Shown here piece by piece: positions 56,094-64,000 of a DNA stretch of 64,000 nt; position 1 is the first letter of the stretch, and the number at the start of each line of letters is the position of its first letter. The position numbers and the translations under genes were made by a program. Origin of the DNA: an uncultured Anaerolineales bacterium (GTDB lineage Bacteria > Chloroflexota > Anaerolineae > Anaerolineales > UBA11858). The stretch is taken from positions 5,469 through 69,468 of the forward strand of contig CAYTKR010000006.1 in the NCBI GenBank assembly GCA_964438295.1, written 5' to 3'. A model generated the notes under the pieces. The model searched no databases. It was given only the letters and a program-made list of their open reading frames with translations, and was not told where the DNA came from.

Positions 56094-57452
56094 TCAATCG
56101 CCACCACTTAGATTGTCAGCTACCCAAAGCTGTGACTGTCCCGGTTGAGCCATCCACACCCTGCTACTGGAATCCATCTCGATAATACAATAAAACGGGC
56201 TCAGGTCTGCAGCCAGTTCTACCGATTCAGTCGTCACCCGATAAACAGAATTACCTGCACAAAGCCAACCATCACCTCTCGGAGATAACGCCAGATCACC
56301 AGGACCCTCTTCGCTGACCAAGGTCCACTCTCCCTCCTGTACCCGGTATAAGTAAAATTTTCCTGTATCACAACTGGCCCCACCACAAGGAGATAGGGTG
56401 ACCCAGACGGAATCTTCTCCCCCCAACTCGATATTTGTGATGAAGCCCCAGCGAGCCCCCCAACTGGGATCAATCTCAGGCGGATCGAACCTTCGCCAGC
56501 CACGCCAGGGTGAGTAGCGCCACAAGGTCTCATCCACACCGATCCAGATGTTACCAGCCTCGTCGACCTCGATATCCTCGACACAGCCTGATGACACTAC
56601 CTGAGAACTGCGTCCCCACCAATAGCGGCCAGTGTACCAGCGTGCACCTTGGCCAACAGGTCCAGGACCCATCCAGGCGCAATCGGCAATCCACACATCA
56701 CCTACGCTGTCGATGGCCATATCCGTAAGGGAATAGCTGAATCCCTCTTCGAGCATCTCCTCCGTGGGGTAATAGCCCACATCATCCGGGTCGTAGATGC
56801 GCCAAACCTTGCCTTCGAACCTACGCACATCATCACTCGTTGACAACCAGACTCGGCCACGCTCGTCGGTGACCAGATGCTCACTGACCGAAGCATAAGG
56901 CCCAGATCGCCAAACCGGCCCTGCGGGTGACCAGCCTGCTTCCAAGCCATAGATTTGCCAATCCGCGCCATCCCAGGCCGAAATCGTTTCGCTTTCTTTC
57001 GTCGTCACCCAGGTGCGTCCAAACGTATCAAAACCCAAGACGATATCGCCATGTCCTGGATGAGTTGTCCAGTCACCTGCGAAGTAGATGATCAAACCCA
57101 TATCTGTGATCAGCCACAGGACTCCCTCAGGTGATACAGTCAGATCGTAAATTACGCCCAGAGATTGCTCTTGGAATGCCTCGAATGGGACGAAAGAGCC
57201 AATGGGAGCCTCGGTTGGCGTCAGGGTGATTGTTGGGGTGTGGGTGATGGTCGCGGTTTGCGTTGGCTCGGGCGTAGGTGATGGCTCGATATATTCGGTC
57301 GCCGTGGGTGTGAAAGTGGAAATGACAACCAAGCTTTCCGCGGGGGTCGCTACCTGCTGTCTCTGCGGGCTTAATTCGCAACCTGCCAATACGAAACCAA
57401 CCGCCAGCATCGCCACAAATACAATCGTTTTCAATTGGTATTCGAAATGCAT
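56094..57452 (-). CDS. Lipoprotein with Thr/Pro-rich linker and Trp-rich propeller-like repeats (two-component-regulator-propeller-like)
   Basis: Start set at ATG 57452 (MHFEYQLKTIVFVAMLAVGFVLAGC lipobox). Linker PTPEPTQTATITHTPTITLTPTEAP. Repeats of the type GRVWLSTSDD, GDVWIAD, GNIWIGVDETLWRY and DSVWVTL. Confidence 0.6.
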   Translation of the reverse strand: MHFEYQLKTIVFVAMLAVGFVLAGCELSPQRQQVATPAESLVVISTFTPTATEYIEPSPTPEPTQTATITHTPTITLTPTEAPIGSFVPFEAFQEQSLGVIYDLTVSPEGVLWLITDMGLIIYFAGDWTTHPGHGDIVLGFDTFGRTWVTTKESETISAWDGADWQIYGLEAGWSPAGPVWRSGPYASVSEHLVTDERGRVWLSTSDDVRRFEGKVWRIYDPDDVGYYPTEEMLEEGFSYSLTDMAIDSVGDVWIADCAWMGPGPVGQGARWYTGRYWWGRSSQVVSSGCVEDIEVDEAGNIWIGVDETLWRYSPWRGWRRFDPPEIDPSWGARWGFITNIELGGEDSVWVTLSPCGGASCDTGKFYLYRVQEGEWTLVSEEGPGDLALSPRGDGWLCAGNSVYRVTTESVELAADLSPFYCIIEMDSSSRVWMAQPGQSQLWVADNLSGGD

Positions 57453-57602
57453 TGTTGATTCAAATTCTACAGCACAATAAACATAGTGAATGCAAATTTC
57501 ACTGTGACCGAACCCTAAACCGAATCGCTTTGGAACGATCGGCGTCAAAGATAGACTGCCGGAAAAATCGACCAAAGCTTCGAAAGAGAAAATTCAGTCT
57601 AA

Positions 57603-58070
57603 TCATACCTTAGGTTCAACTGGTAGAAGATATTTTTCTTCCACTTCCTGAAGGTAATCGATACAGGCCACATCCTCGATATCTTCACTGGGAGATGTCT
57701 GGAACCAGGCTTCCAGGATTTCGGTGGCAACCCACTCGGATGTCGTACGAATGCTCATCGCCAAGACGTTGGCATCATTCCAAAGGCGAGCGCCGCGCGC
57801 GGTTTCAGCGTCTCCGCACAACGCGCATCGGATGCCGCGCACTTTGTTGGCTGCCATGCTAATACCGGTCCCGGTCCAACAGAATAGGACCGCCTGTTGA
57901 TACTCTCCGAGAGAGACCTTCTCTCCAACTTCTACCGCCACTTGCGACCAGGGAGCCGACTCAACCACCAGTGCGCCGAAAAGATCGACATCGAAGCCCC
58001 GTTTCTTTAGATCTTTAATGACCACATCGGTGAGATGGGTTTTCATATCACTACCAATTGCAATTTTCAT
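57603..58070 (-). CDS. rpiB: Ribose-5-phosphate isomerase B / LacAB-family sugar-phosphate isomerase
   Basis: MKIAIGSDMKTH..., CWTGTGISMAANKVRGIRCAL, NDANVLAM. Confidence 0.8.
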   Translation of the reverse strand: MKIAIGSDMKTHLTDVVIKDLKKRGFDVDLFGALVVESAPWSQVAVEVGEKVSLGEYQQAVLFCWTGTGISMAANKVRGIRCALCGDAETARGARLWNDANVLAMSIRTTSEWVATEILEAWFQTSPSEDIEDVACIDYLQEVEEKYLLPVEPKV

Positions 58071-58111
58071 CTCATACTCCTTATTGATGTATCAATCAAC
58101 ATGTGAGAAGT

Positions 58112-58603
58112 TCAATTTCTCAAATAGATGATGAAATCGATATTGCCAGGCGAGCGCCCAAGTTCGGTGAGTTTTAGAGCCACTTCGGCGCGGTGTTGGG
58201 TGCCATGGTTGACCACATGAGCCAGAATATGCCACAATGTATCCTTATAGGATTTACCGCTCAAATTCTGATAGTGAATCACATTATTCAATTGCGCTTC
58301 CTCGAGAGTATCGAGAAATTCTTGCATATTCTTTTCTTCAATTTGCCAAAATTGTTCCAGCGCATCCAGTGAATCGATCTGGCTTTCAAGTTCCATGGAT
58401 TGGGGAGATCGCCCATCCTGGGTGCGGACGCGCCAAAGCCATTCGGCGTTAAAAGTGTGCAACAACGCTCGGAACAGGCTTCCGAAACTCAGATCTGCCT
58501 CAGCGAGAAGCTGCTCGTGATCCAAGTCACTGGCAGTTTCGAGAATCTTGTCTCTGGCCCAATAATTATAGTCATAGAGGATATTCAAATCATCGACATG
58601 CAT
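58112..58603 (-). CDS. DinB-family protein
   Basis: YNYWARDKILE, and His residues in HTFNAEWLW and HVVNHGTQHRAEV, typical of the DinB four-helix bundle. Confidence 0.8.
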   Translation of the reverse strand: MHVDDLNILYDYNYWARDKILETASDLDHEQLLAEADLSFGSLFRALLHTFNAEWLWRVRTQDGRSPQSMELESQIDSLDALEQFWQIEEKNMQEFLDTLEEAQLNNVIHYQNLSGKSYKDTLWHILAHVVNHGTQHRAEVALKLTELGRSPGNIDFIIYLRN

Positions 58604-58658
58604 TCAACGGTAACCTCCATTCTAGCCACTGACAGACTTCTCAACAAATAAAGACCTC

Positions 58659-58731
58659 GTCACACTGAGGGAGCGCTGAAGTGTCTCTCTAACCAAGGTC
58701 TTCAGATTCTTCGCTTCGCTCAGAATGACAG
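58659..58731. repeat. Degenerate palindromic element, GTCATTCTGAGC subfamily (inverted relative to 7575..7670)
   Basis: The reverse complement reads ctgtcattctgagcgaagcgaagaatctgaagaccttgg..., matching the left half of the 7575 element. The distal arm gtcacactgag is degenerate. Confidence 0.6.
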
Positions 58732-58826
58732 CTTTGAGATAGCTTCTGAATTTAATCTCCATTATTTTTAACAATCGGGTTTATGAAATAGCTTCAGAGT
58801 TCATCGCGTTTATCTGGAGTGTTAGC

Positions 58827-59504
58827 TCAGCGCTTTCGCTTCAGTTTCAGGGCCTCATTCAGGTGGACGAGGTTGTGCCGGGTGGCGGGCATCAACAGCA
58901 GGCCTGCGATCGTGCGCTTGCTCCAATAATCGATCAACCCGCTAGCCTCGGGTCCGGCTGCACCTTCATCATATACGCGCTGTAATCTTTCAGTTTTAGT
59001 CATTTCTTTTAGGGTATCTGTGCGTAGATGCTTAACGATCTGCCGGGTTTTGCGCCCAACAGTAACACGATACGTACGTAAGGCTTCAAGATCAATGGTC
59101 TGGCTCAACTCCGCGACTCCCCGATCATCCATGGCAAAGCCAGAATCTTTGTATTCAATATTCAATCTGCCGAGCCAATCATTCTCCAAGAAGAGTTGCT
59201 GCTCATTTACCACCAGGATATTCATGGCGATATCCTCAATGCGCGCAATATGCCAGATCGTCCAGGCAACGGAATGCTCACTGCCACGCGGTATGCGACG
59301 CATCTGGTCCTCGGTCATATCGTCTAGAATGAGATCTTCCAGAGATAGCGTCTCAGGGTTGGTGACCTTGGCAGAGTGGAGCCCAGCATGAATATCCATA
59401 AACAGCTCGAGCATATATTCGTGCTGATCGAAGCCCAACATGACCTCACGCAATTCGGTTTGCTTTTTATTCAAAGATTTTCTAAGAAAGTCTACATTCA
59501 TCAT
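58827..59504 (-). CDS. DinB_2-like / DUF664-type helical bundle protein
   Basis: HSVAWTIWHIARIED and HNLVHLNEA histidine blocks. Start ATGATG overlaps the stop of the upstream gene (caATGATGa), indicating translational coupling. Confidence 0.55.
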   Translation of the reverse strand: MMNVDFLRKSLNKKQTELREVMLGFDQHEYMLELFMDIHAGLHSAKVTNPETLSLEDLILDDMTEDQMRRIPRGSEHSVAWTIWHIARIEDIAMNILVVNEQQLFLENDWLGRLNIEYKDSGFAMDDRGVAELSQTIDLEALRTYRVTVGRKTRQIVKHLRTDTLKEMTKTERLQRVYDEGAAGPEASGLIDYWSKRTIAGLLLMPATRHNLVHLNEALKLKRKR

Positions 59505-60565
59505 TGCTCCTCGCCAAATATCAATCCAGCCAATTCCTTTTCCAGACCATCGTACATCCACATGCCCTGATTGCGCAAGACGATGATCGTCAATTGCTCA
59601 TCCGGAAAATGCATCAACATAGAAGTATAACCTGACAAGCCGCCCCCATGAAACAATACAGGTTTCTCGAATAATTCGCCCACGAACCATCCATAACCAT
59701 ACTCTGATCCTTCGAAATCAATGCTGGGTGTCTTTACATATCCCGTAAAGTTCATGTCTAAATAGGATTGCCCGATCAGCTCATTCGAAAACAGCGCCTG
59801 ATCGAAGCGGTGTAGATCTTCAACTGTCGAATATAATCCCCGAGCCGAGTAGCGAAAGAGCGGGTCCATCAGCGGCACCGGGCCAACCCCATCATTGTAC
59901 CCCTGGGCAACATTGCGGCTGTCGAGGCTTGTATTCGTCATGCCTAAAGGGACAAATATTCGCCTATTCAAAAATTCTTCATAGGGATCACCAGAGACCT
60001 GCTCAATGATATACCCCAGGATCAGATAGCCGTTAGTGCAATAGCGGAACCCTTCACCTGCTGTAAATTCTGGTGGCTTGCCCTTAATTTGATCGACTAT
60101 TTCCAAAGCGGTCTCTGGTCGATCGGCGTCTTGATCCCAGGGCTGGATCCAATCGGAGATGCCTGAAGTGTGGGTTAGCAAATGATGGATGCTGATCCCC
60201 TGCCAATATTCCGGACAATCAGAGATGTATGCGCATATGGGGTCATACAAATCAAGGTCTCCATCGGCATACAACATCATCACCGCCAGGGATGTGAAGG
60301 GCGCAGTTAGCCAGTCGATGGGGTAGCGTGTGAGAGGCGTATTCAGGATTTGATTCTCCACATCTGCAAAGCCATATCCTTTACGCACTAAGATATCCCC
60401 TTGGTGGGCGATTAACACCGAGCCGCTAAATTCGCCCTCCGCAGCAAGCCGATCCAAATAATGTTCGATCTGTCTAATATTTTCTTGGGGCTTCGATTGT
60501 GAGCAGGAATTCATCACGATTGCCATCAGACAAAGTAGTAATGCATTTTTTCCTGCAGCTCTCAT
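59501..60565 (-). CDS. Beta-lactamase-fold / serine-hydrolase-family lipoprotein, apparently lacking the SxxK nucleophile
   Basis: Family blocks GSVLIAHQGDILVRKGYGFAD, LLTHTSGISD, YCTNGYLILGYIIEQVSG and PLGMTNTS. At the SxxK position the sequence reads DWLTAPFT. Confidence 0.7.
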   Translation of the reverse strand: MRAAGKNALLLCLMAIVMNSCSQSKPQENIRQIEHYLDRLAAEGEFSGSVLIAHQGDILVRKGYGFADVENQILNTPLTRYPIDWLTAPFTSLAVMMLYADGDLDLYDPICAYISDCPEYWQGISIHHLLTHTSGISDWIQPWDQDADRPETALEIVDQIKGKPPEFTAGEGFRYCTNGYLILGYIIEQVSGDPYEEFLNRRIFVPLGMTNTSLDSRNVAQGYNDGVGPVPLMDPLFRYSARGLYSTVEDLHRFDQALFSNELIGQSYLDMNFTGYVKTPSIDFEGSEYGYGWFVGELFEKPVLFHGGGLSGYTSMLMHFPDEQLTIIVLRNQGMWMYDGLEKELAGLIFGEEQ

Positions 60566-60570
60566 TTACC

Positions 60571-61401
60571 TCACCCCGCGTCACTTTGCTTGAGCATTAA
60601 ACTCAAGATCTCTTTCAAGAGCTTTGCCGCGACCATGGCAGTGATCCCCAGGGGGTCGCGTAGGGGGTTGTATTCGACGATATCGGCACCGACGATCTCT
60701 GCTTTCAAGTCTTGGATCATGCTCAAAGCGGAGCGCGTGCTCAGGCCTCCTGGCTCGTAATGGGATACACCTGGAGCATACGCCGGATCGAGGCAGTCCA
60801 TATCAAACGATACGTATACGGGGCCATCGAAGGTCAGACGCGCAACTGGGCTCAGGTCGCGCATCTCAATGACCTCGACACCAAACCGCTCAGCCTGCTG
60901 ACGCTGATGGCCGGTGATCGTACGAATGCCAATCTGTATCAGGCGGCGGACCAGGCCATCTTCCATGATGCGTGCAAAGGGACAGGCATGCGAAAGGCGA
61001 TGTCCATCTAAATGGTCATACAGATCGGGATGGGCATCGAATTGCACGATATTAAGTTGTGAGTATTCCCTGGCGTAGGCCTTGAGAATGGGGTAGGTGA
61101 TCGAGTGATCTCCGCCCAGAGAGAGGGCGCGCGCATCACGCTTCAGGATTTCTCCAAGAGCAGATTCGATTTCTTCGAAGGCAACTTTGTTGTTAGAAAA
61201 TACCAGGTCGCCGACAGTTTTCCAGCGATCAGCTACATCCAAATCGATCCCGTTCTCCGTCCACATATTGGCCGATTCACTATACAAGGCTTCCCGAATG
61301 CGAGGTGGCGCCAAGGCGGGCCCTCGCAAGAACGAGGAATTAAGGTCAAAGGGGATGCCTAGGATGGCAATCTCCCCGGCATTTATATTCGGTTCAATCA
61401 T
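60571..61401 (-). CDS. Arginase-family ureohydrolase (agmatinase-like)
   Basis: Mn-ligand motifs GGDHSITYP, FDAHPD and SFDMDCLDP. Confidence 0.8.
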   Translation of the reverse strand: MIEPNINAGEIAILGIPFDLNSSFLRGPALAPPRIREALYSESANMWTENGIDLDVADRWKTVGDLVFSNNKVAFEEIESALGEILKRDARALSLGGDHSITYPILKAYAREYSQLNIVQFDAHPDLYDHLDGHRLSHACPFARIMEDGLVRRLIQIGIRTITGHQRQQAERFGVEVIEMRDLSPVARLTFDGPVYVSFDMDCLDPAYAPGVSHYEPGGLSTRSALSMIQDLKAEIVGADIVEYNPLRDPLGITAMVAAKLLKEILSLMLKQSDAG

Positions 61402-61607
61402 TAGACCGCGGCAGAGAGTATAAGACTGATGTCAGAAACGATCCCGGTGTCTGAGGGCGCATTGTTCATAAACGCCCCACCCAAAACAAACAGCCCGCAG
61501 AACAAAGTCAGCGCTGGGCTGAAATTATTCTTTAACGGGCTGTCGCTAGCTTGCAGAAAAGCACTCAAAAGAGTGAAGATGACAAAGACAAAGAGCAAAA
61601 TAAACAC
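61401..61607 (-). CDS. Small two-TM membrane protein (68 aa)
   Basis: Hydrophobic segments FILLFVFVIFTLLSAFL and LTLFCGLFVLGGAF. Its TAA stop overlaps the agmatinase-like ATG (TAATG). Confidence 0.45.
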   Translation of the reverse strand: MFILLFVFVIFTLLSAFLQASDSPLKNNFSPALTLFCGLFVLGGAFMNNAPSDTGIVSDISLILSAAV

Positions 61608-61693
61608 TGCATCACCTCGCGAATTCTATGTAGATTTTCGTCTGCAGATATTTTACTCTATGGCACTCTCCCAGTTTTATTATAAGAGGGTTT

Positions 61694-62278
61694 TTAGTAC
61701 AGGTCGCGTGGTGGAGCAAGGAAGTAATTCCCCGCTTCGGATGAGTCCTCGCTCAGCCAGAACTGACATAGATAGCTCAAGAACTCCTCGCGCGTGATAT
61801 ATCCTTTTTGTTGGGGGTCAAACTTGCTCCAGGCGAATTTTGCATCCCCCTCGTCTGCCCGTAGTGAACCAATATACTTGAAGTATTCAGCGCTGGAAAC
61901 CTCTCCACTACCATCATCATCCATTAAATCATACGTTAAATTTCCCCAATCGACGTAGGGGATTTCGCCAGTCTCTTCATACGTAGACTTCAAGATCGGT
62001 GCTAAGTCGCTCAGCCAATCCAGCCATTCCTCCAGGCTGATAACGCCATCATCATTTTTGTCAACAGTCTCCAACAACAGCTGCCAAAAACCAGTCTGGA
62101 TATCATGTAGCCTTTGCCTGATTTCAGGTTTTTGATCCAAACCAAAGATTTCATCCCATTTATTCAAATAATCATAAAAATCATCTTTGTCCAGATATCC
62201 ACTCCGGTTAGAATCATACACATGAAACCACCACTTCATTTTCTTGTGCTGTAAATCACTGAAACTTTCCCTCGACAT
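61694..62278 (-). CDS. Four-EF-hand calcium-binding protein (calerythrin / sarcoplasmic-CaBP-like)
   Basis: Loops DSNRSGYLDKDDF, DKNDDGVISLEEW, DDDGSGEVSSAEY and DPQQKGYITREEF. Confidence 0.8.
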   Translation of the reverse strand: MSRESFSDLQHKKMKWWFHVYDSNRSGYLDKDDFYDYLNKWDEIFGLDQKPEIRQRLHDIQTGFWQLLLETVDKNDDGVISLEEWLDWLSDLAPILKSTYEETGEIPYVDWGNLTYDLMDDDGSGEVSSAEYFKYIGSLRADEGDAKFAWSKFDPQQKGYITREEFLSYLCQFWLSEDSSEAGNYFLAPPRDLY

Positions 62279-62633
62279 GCTGAGCTCCTTTAGCCATACG
62301 CATTTAATTGGATATTATCGATCGTATTATACCATATTTCAATAATGGAACAACAATTTTTTACGCCACAAATATCACCAATATCTGAAGCAAAAATTAC
62401 AGCACTGAAACCAAAATATTCTTTTGATGGAAATTGTCATCTTTTGTCGTTTTCCCCCACTATTAATTTCAATGCATCATCAAAATTCATTACAGCTTGG
62501 CATTGATTGGGACTCAGTAAATAGTTTGTAAAACTGGCCCCTCACACCAACAGTTCACACCCCCCCCAAATCTCGACGCGATACTTTGCCGCAATCCTCA
62601 CAATCTGCCCCCGCTCAAGATGAACATACTCTA

Positions 62634-63017
62634 TCAAAAGTAAGCCTTCATCGGTGTAAAGTATGCATCAATCCAGCCCTGCTGATATTGCATTCCATGA
62701 TCTGGAAGATTCGTATGCCGAACCGTAACCAACGTCCCAACCTCGTGCACATCAAATTTGATCTCTAACAACGAATCGGGGTCAGCTTCATCAAACTCGG
62801 TAGTGCGCCAGCTTTGAAGAATGCGTGAGTACGGTTCCAGCTCAAGGTTCATCCCTGCGATGTAGCCATCCCAAGCCATGAACTCGTCCCCAACTTGATC
62901 TGATATCTTGGCAGGACTCCCGGTCATATTTGCGTGTTGATCCGAATTCATCCAGGCCTTGTACACATCTTCAGGGGATGCCGGGATCAATCCAGTTACT
63001 TTAAACTCTATCGACAT
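62634..63017 (-). CDS. SRPBCC / AHSA1-like protein
   Basis: PASPEDVYKAWMNSDQHANMTG...GTLVTVRHTNLP...GWIDAYFTPMKAYF. ATG 63017 has GGAG upstream. Confidence 0.75.
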   Translation of the reverse strand: MSIEFKVTGLIPASPEDVYKAWMNSDQHANMTGSPAKISDQVGDEFMAWDGYIAGMNLELEPYSRILQSWRTTEFDEADPDSLLEIKFDVHEVGTLVTVRHTNLPDHGMQYQQGWIDAYFTPMKAYF

Positions 63018-63031
63018 TGCATCTCCATTTC

Positions 63032-63397
63032 TCAGCAAATTTCCGCATCGGAGAGGTAACTATCCTTAAGCAGTTCTCGAACGATATCGAAATCAATCTT
63101 TTCTGGCTTGCTGTATCGGATGCAACCCTTGCCAAGATTGAGGCCATCCAAAGCTGGGCGGTGTTTATCCATCACTGCCTTTTTGAGGATATACAATGAA
63201 ATATAGCTCTTCTGGCTGGCAAACGCAACTTCGACAATGCCGTCTTTTGAATAACTGGGCATGCCATACTTCATGCTTTCCTCATAGTTGGATAACTCCT
63301 CCTGGCAAAGCTGGCGCAGCTGCTTAAGTGCTGCTACCCGTTCCTCGGGGACCTCATCAAAATATTGATCAATTTCTTTTTCATCACTCTGCATCAT
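63032..63397 (-). CDS. DUF1801 (YdhG-like) protein
   Basis: IDQYFDEVPEERVAALKQLRQLC...MKYGMPSY...GKGCIRY pattern. Confidence 0.7.
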   Translation of the reverse strand: MMQSDEKEIDQYFDEVPEERVAALKQLRQLCQEELSNYEESMKYGMPSYSKDGIVEVAFASQKSYISLYILKKAVMDKHRPALDGLNLGKGCIRYSKPEKIDFDIVRELLKDSYLSDAEIC

Positions 63398-63409
63398 CGT
63401 TCCTCACAA

Positions 63410-63904
63410 TCACTCTCCACGGAAGATCCATACTCCTACCAATACCAACATAGAAATTGTAATTATGCCCAAAACCCAAAAGAATGATAATGAATCTCCC
63501 AATGTACCCACTTTAGGTGTGCCTGGCATGGCGTTGCGCAGCGCGATTTGGGCGAACAACAAGGCTCCCAGCCAGCTGAAATTGATGATCTTGACATCCC
63601 GCTTTTGAATAATAGTCGAGAGGGCAATGATGAAGGCAATGAAGGCTAGAACCCACTGCAAGAGCATCAAGAAAATGATGAAAGCCAGAACCACCCCAGA
63701 ATGAGTAACCTCAACCAGTATTCCAACAAAGGAGTTCTCATCAGATAGGTCTTTTTCACTTTTAGCGATCGATACCACATCCAAGGAATCTTCTTCTATT
63801 ACTTCAGCATCTGGGTCTTTTTCTTCTCCAATATTTTCTTCCATCTCGTCACTCGAGAGCACTTCTTCGAGTTCTACTTGCAGATCATTGATTTCGTCGA
63901 GCAA
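63410..63904 (-). CDS. Hypothetical membrane protein with acidic N-terminal tail
   Basis: Acidic N-terminal ~65 aa followed by three hydrophobic helices. The start is uncertain: TTG at 63904, and the frame may extend upstream. Confidence 0.45.
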   Translation of the reverse strand: MLDEINDLQVELEEVLSSDEMEENIGEEKDPDAEVIEEDSLDVVSIAKSEKDLSDENSFVGILVEVTHSGVVLAFIIFLMLLQWVLAFIAFIIALSTIIQKRDVKIINFSWLGALLFAQIALRNAMPGTPKVGTLGDSLSFFWVLGIITISMLVLVGVWIFRGE

Positions 63905-64000
63905 ATCTGCAAATTCTAGCGAATAACCAGGAATATCTGACGAAATTGCTACGATAAATGGAATCCTTGGTGAGAGGAGTATTTGTTCATCGTCTGATTC

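Noticed and set aside
62279-62633. 355-nt AT-rich non-coding stretch with a C8 run (near 62563) upstream of the EF-hand gene
   Set aside because: No ORF with an RBS, no convincing hairpin, repeat or riboswitch-like conserved core could be identified by eye. It is most simply a promoter/leader region.
1-64000. Search for mobile elements, prophage genes, CRISPR arrays, toxin-antitoxin pairs and defence-system hallmarks
   Set aside because: No transposase, integrase, recombinase, Cas, restriction/methylase or phage structural motifs were seen in any listed ORF. The only repeats are the short palindromic elements and the coding repeats reported above.

Overview
64-kb bacterial chromosomal segment, roughly 50% GC by eye, with about 57 tightly packed protein-coding genes. 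I found no rRNA, tRNA, CRISPR array, transposase or integrase. Gene content and the short palindromic intergenic elements (GTCATTGCGAG / GTCATTCTGAGC type, CACGGAT type) suggest a Chloroflexota-like organism; this is inference with low confidence. Layout, left to right: (1) Positions 1-5551, minus-strand operon: a leaderless 1414-aa LamG-domain giant protein whose C-terminal 518 aa are about 18 acidic ~29-aa repeats, then a protein made of four tandem basic Nif11-like modules, then an unknown gene cut by the window edge. (2) A divergent, apparently truncated B12-binding radical SAM gene plus a SAM methyltransferase. (3) phnDCE-type ABC importer, DoxX protein and a processive family-2 glycosyltransferase. 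(4) A 1075-aa MalT-type STAND ATPase/TPR regulator ending in a SARP (wHTH+BTAD) output. (5) Positions 16.7-42.1 kb, one co-directional supercluster for polyhydroxyalkanoate (PHA) and acyl-CoA metabolism. It holds an SDR reductase, a KAS-III-like protein lacking the His/Asn dyad, a Trp-rich phasin/PhaE-like protein, a class-I-type PhaC, a PhaR/PhaE-like subunit and a class-III/IV-type PhaC. It also holds three acyl-CoA ligases, a thiolase+DUF35 pair, a MaoC double hot-dog, a nitroreductase and four alpha/beta hydrolases. It ends in a LIV-type ABC importer whose LivG ATPase is fused to a signal-less paralog of the neighbouring secreted binding protein. (6) An ATP-cone/uridine-kinase-like protein. 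(7) Minus-strand sensor block: histidine kinase (split by a frameshift in an A8 tract), multi-GAF diguanylate cyclase and MFS transporter. (8) Assorted small accessory genes (BKACE, aminotransferase, BNR propeller, DinB x2, beta-lactamase-fold, agmatinase-family, EF-hand, SRPBCC, DUF1801). The most unusual items are the LamG-giant/Nif11x4 operon, the dual PHA-synthase arrangement with the degenerate KAS III, and the binding-protein-ATPase fusion. All functional calls come from motif recognition by eye; no database search was run.
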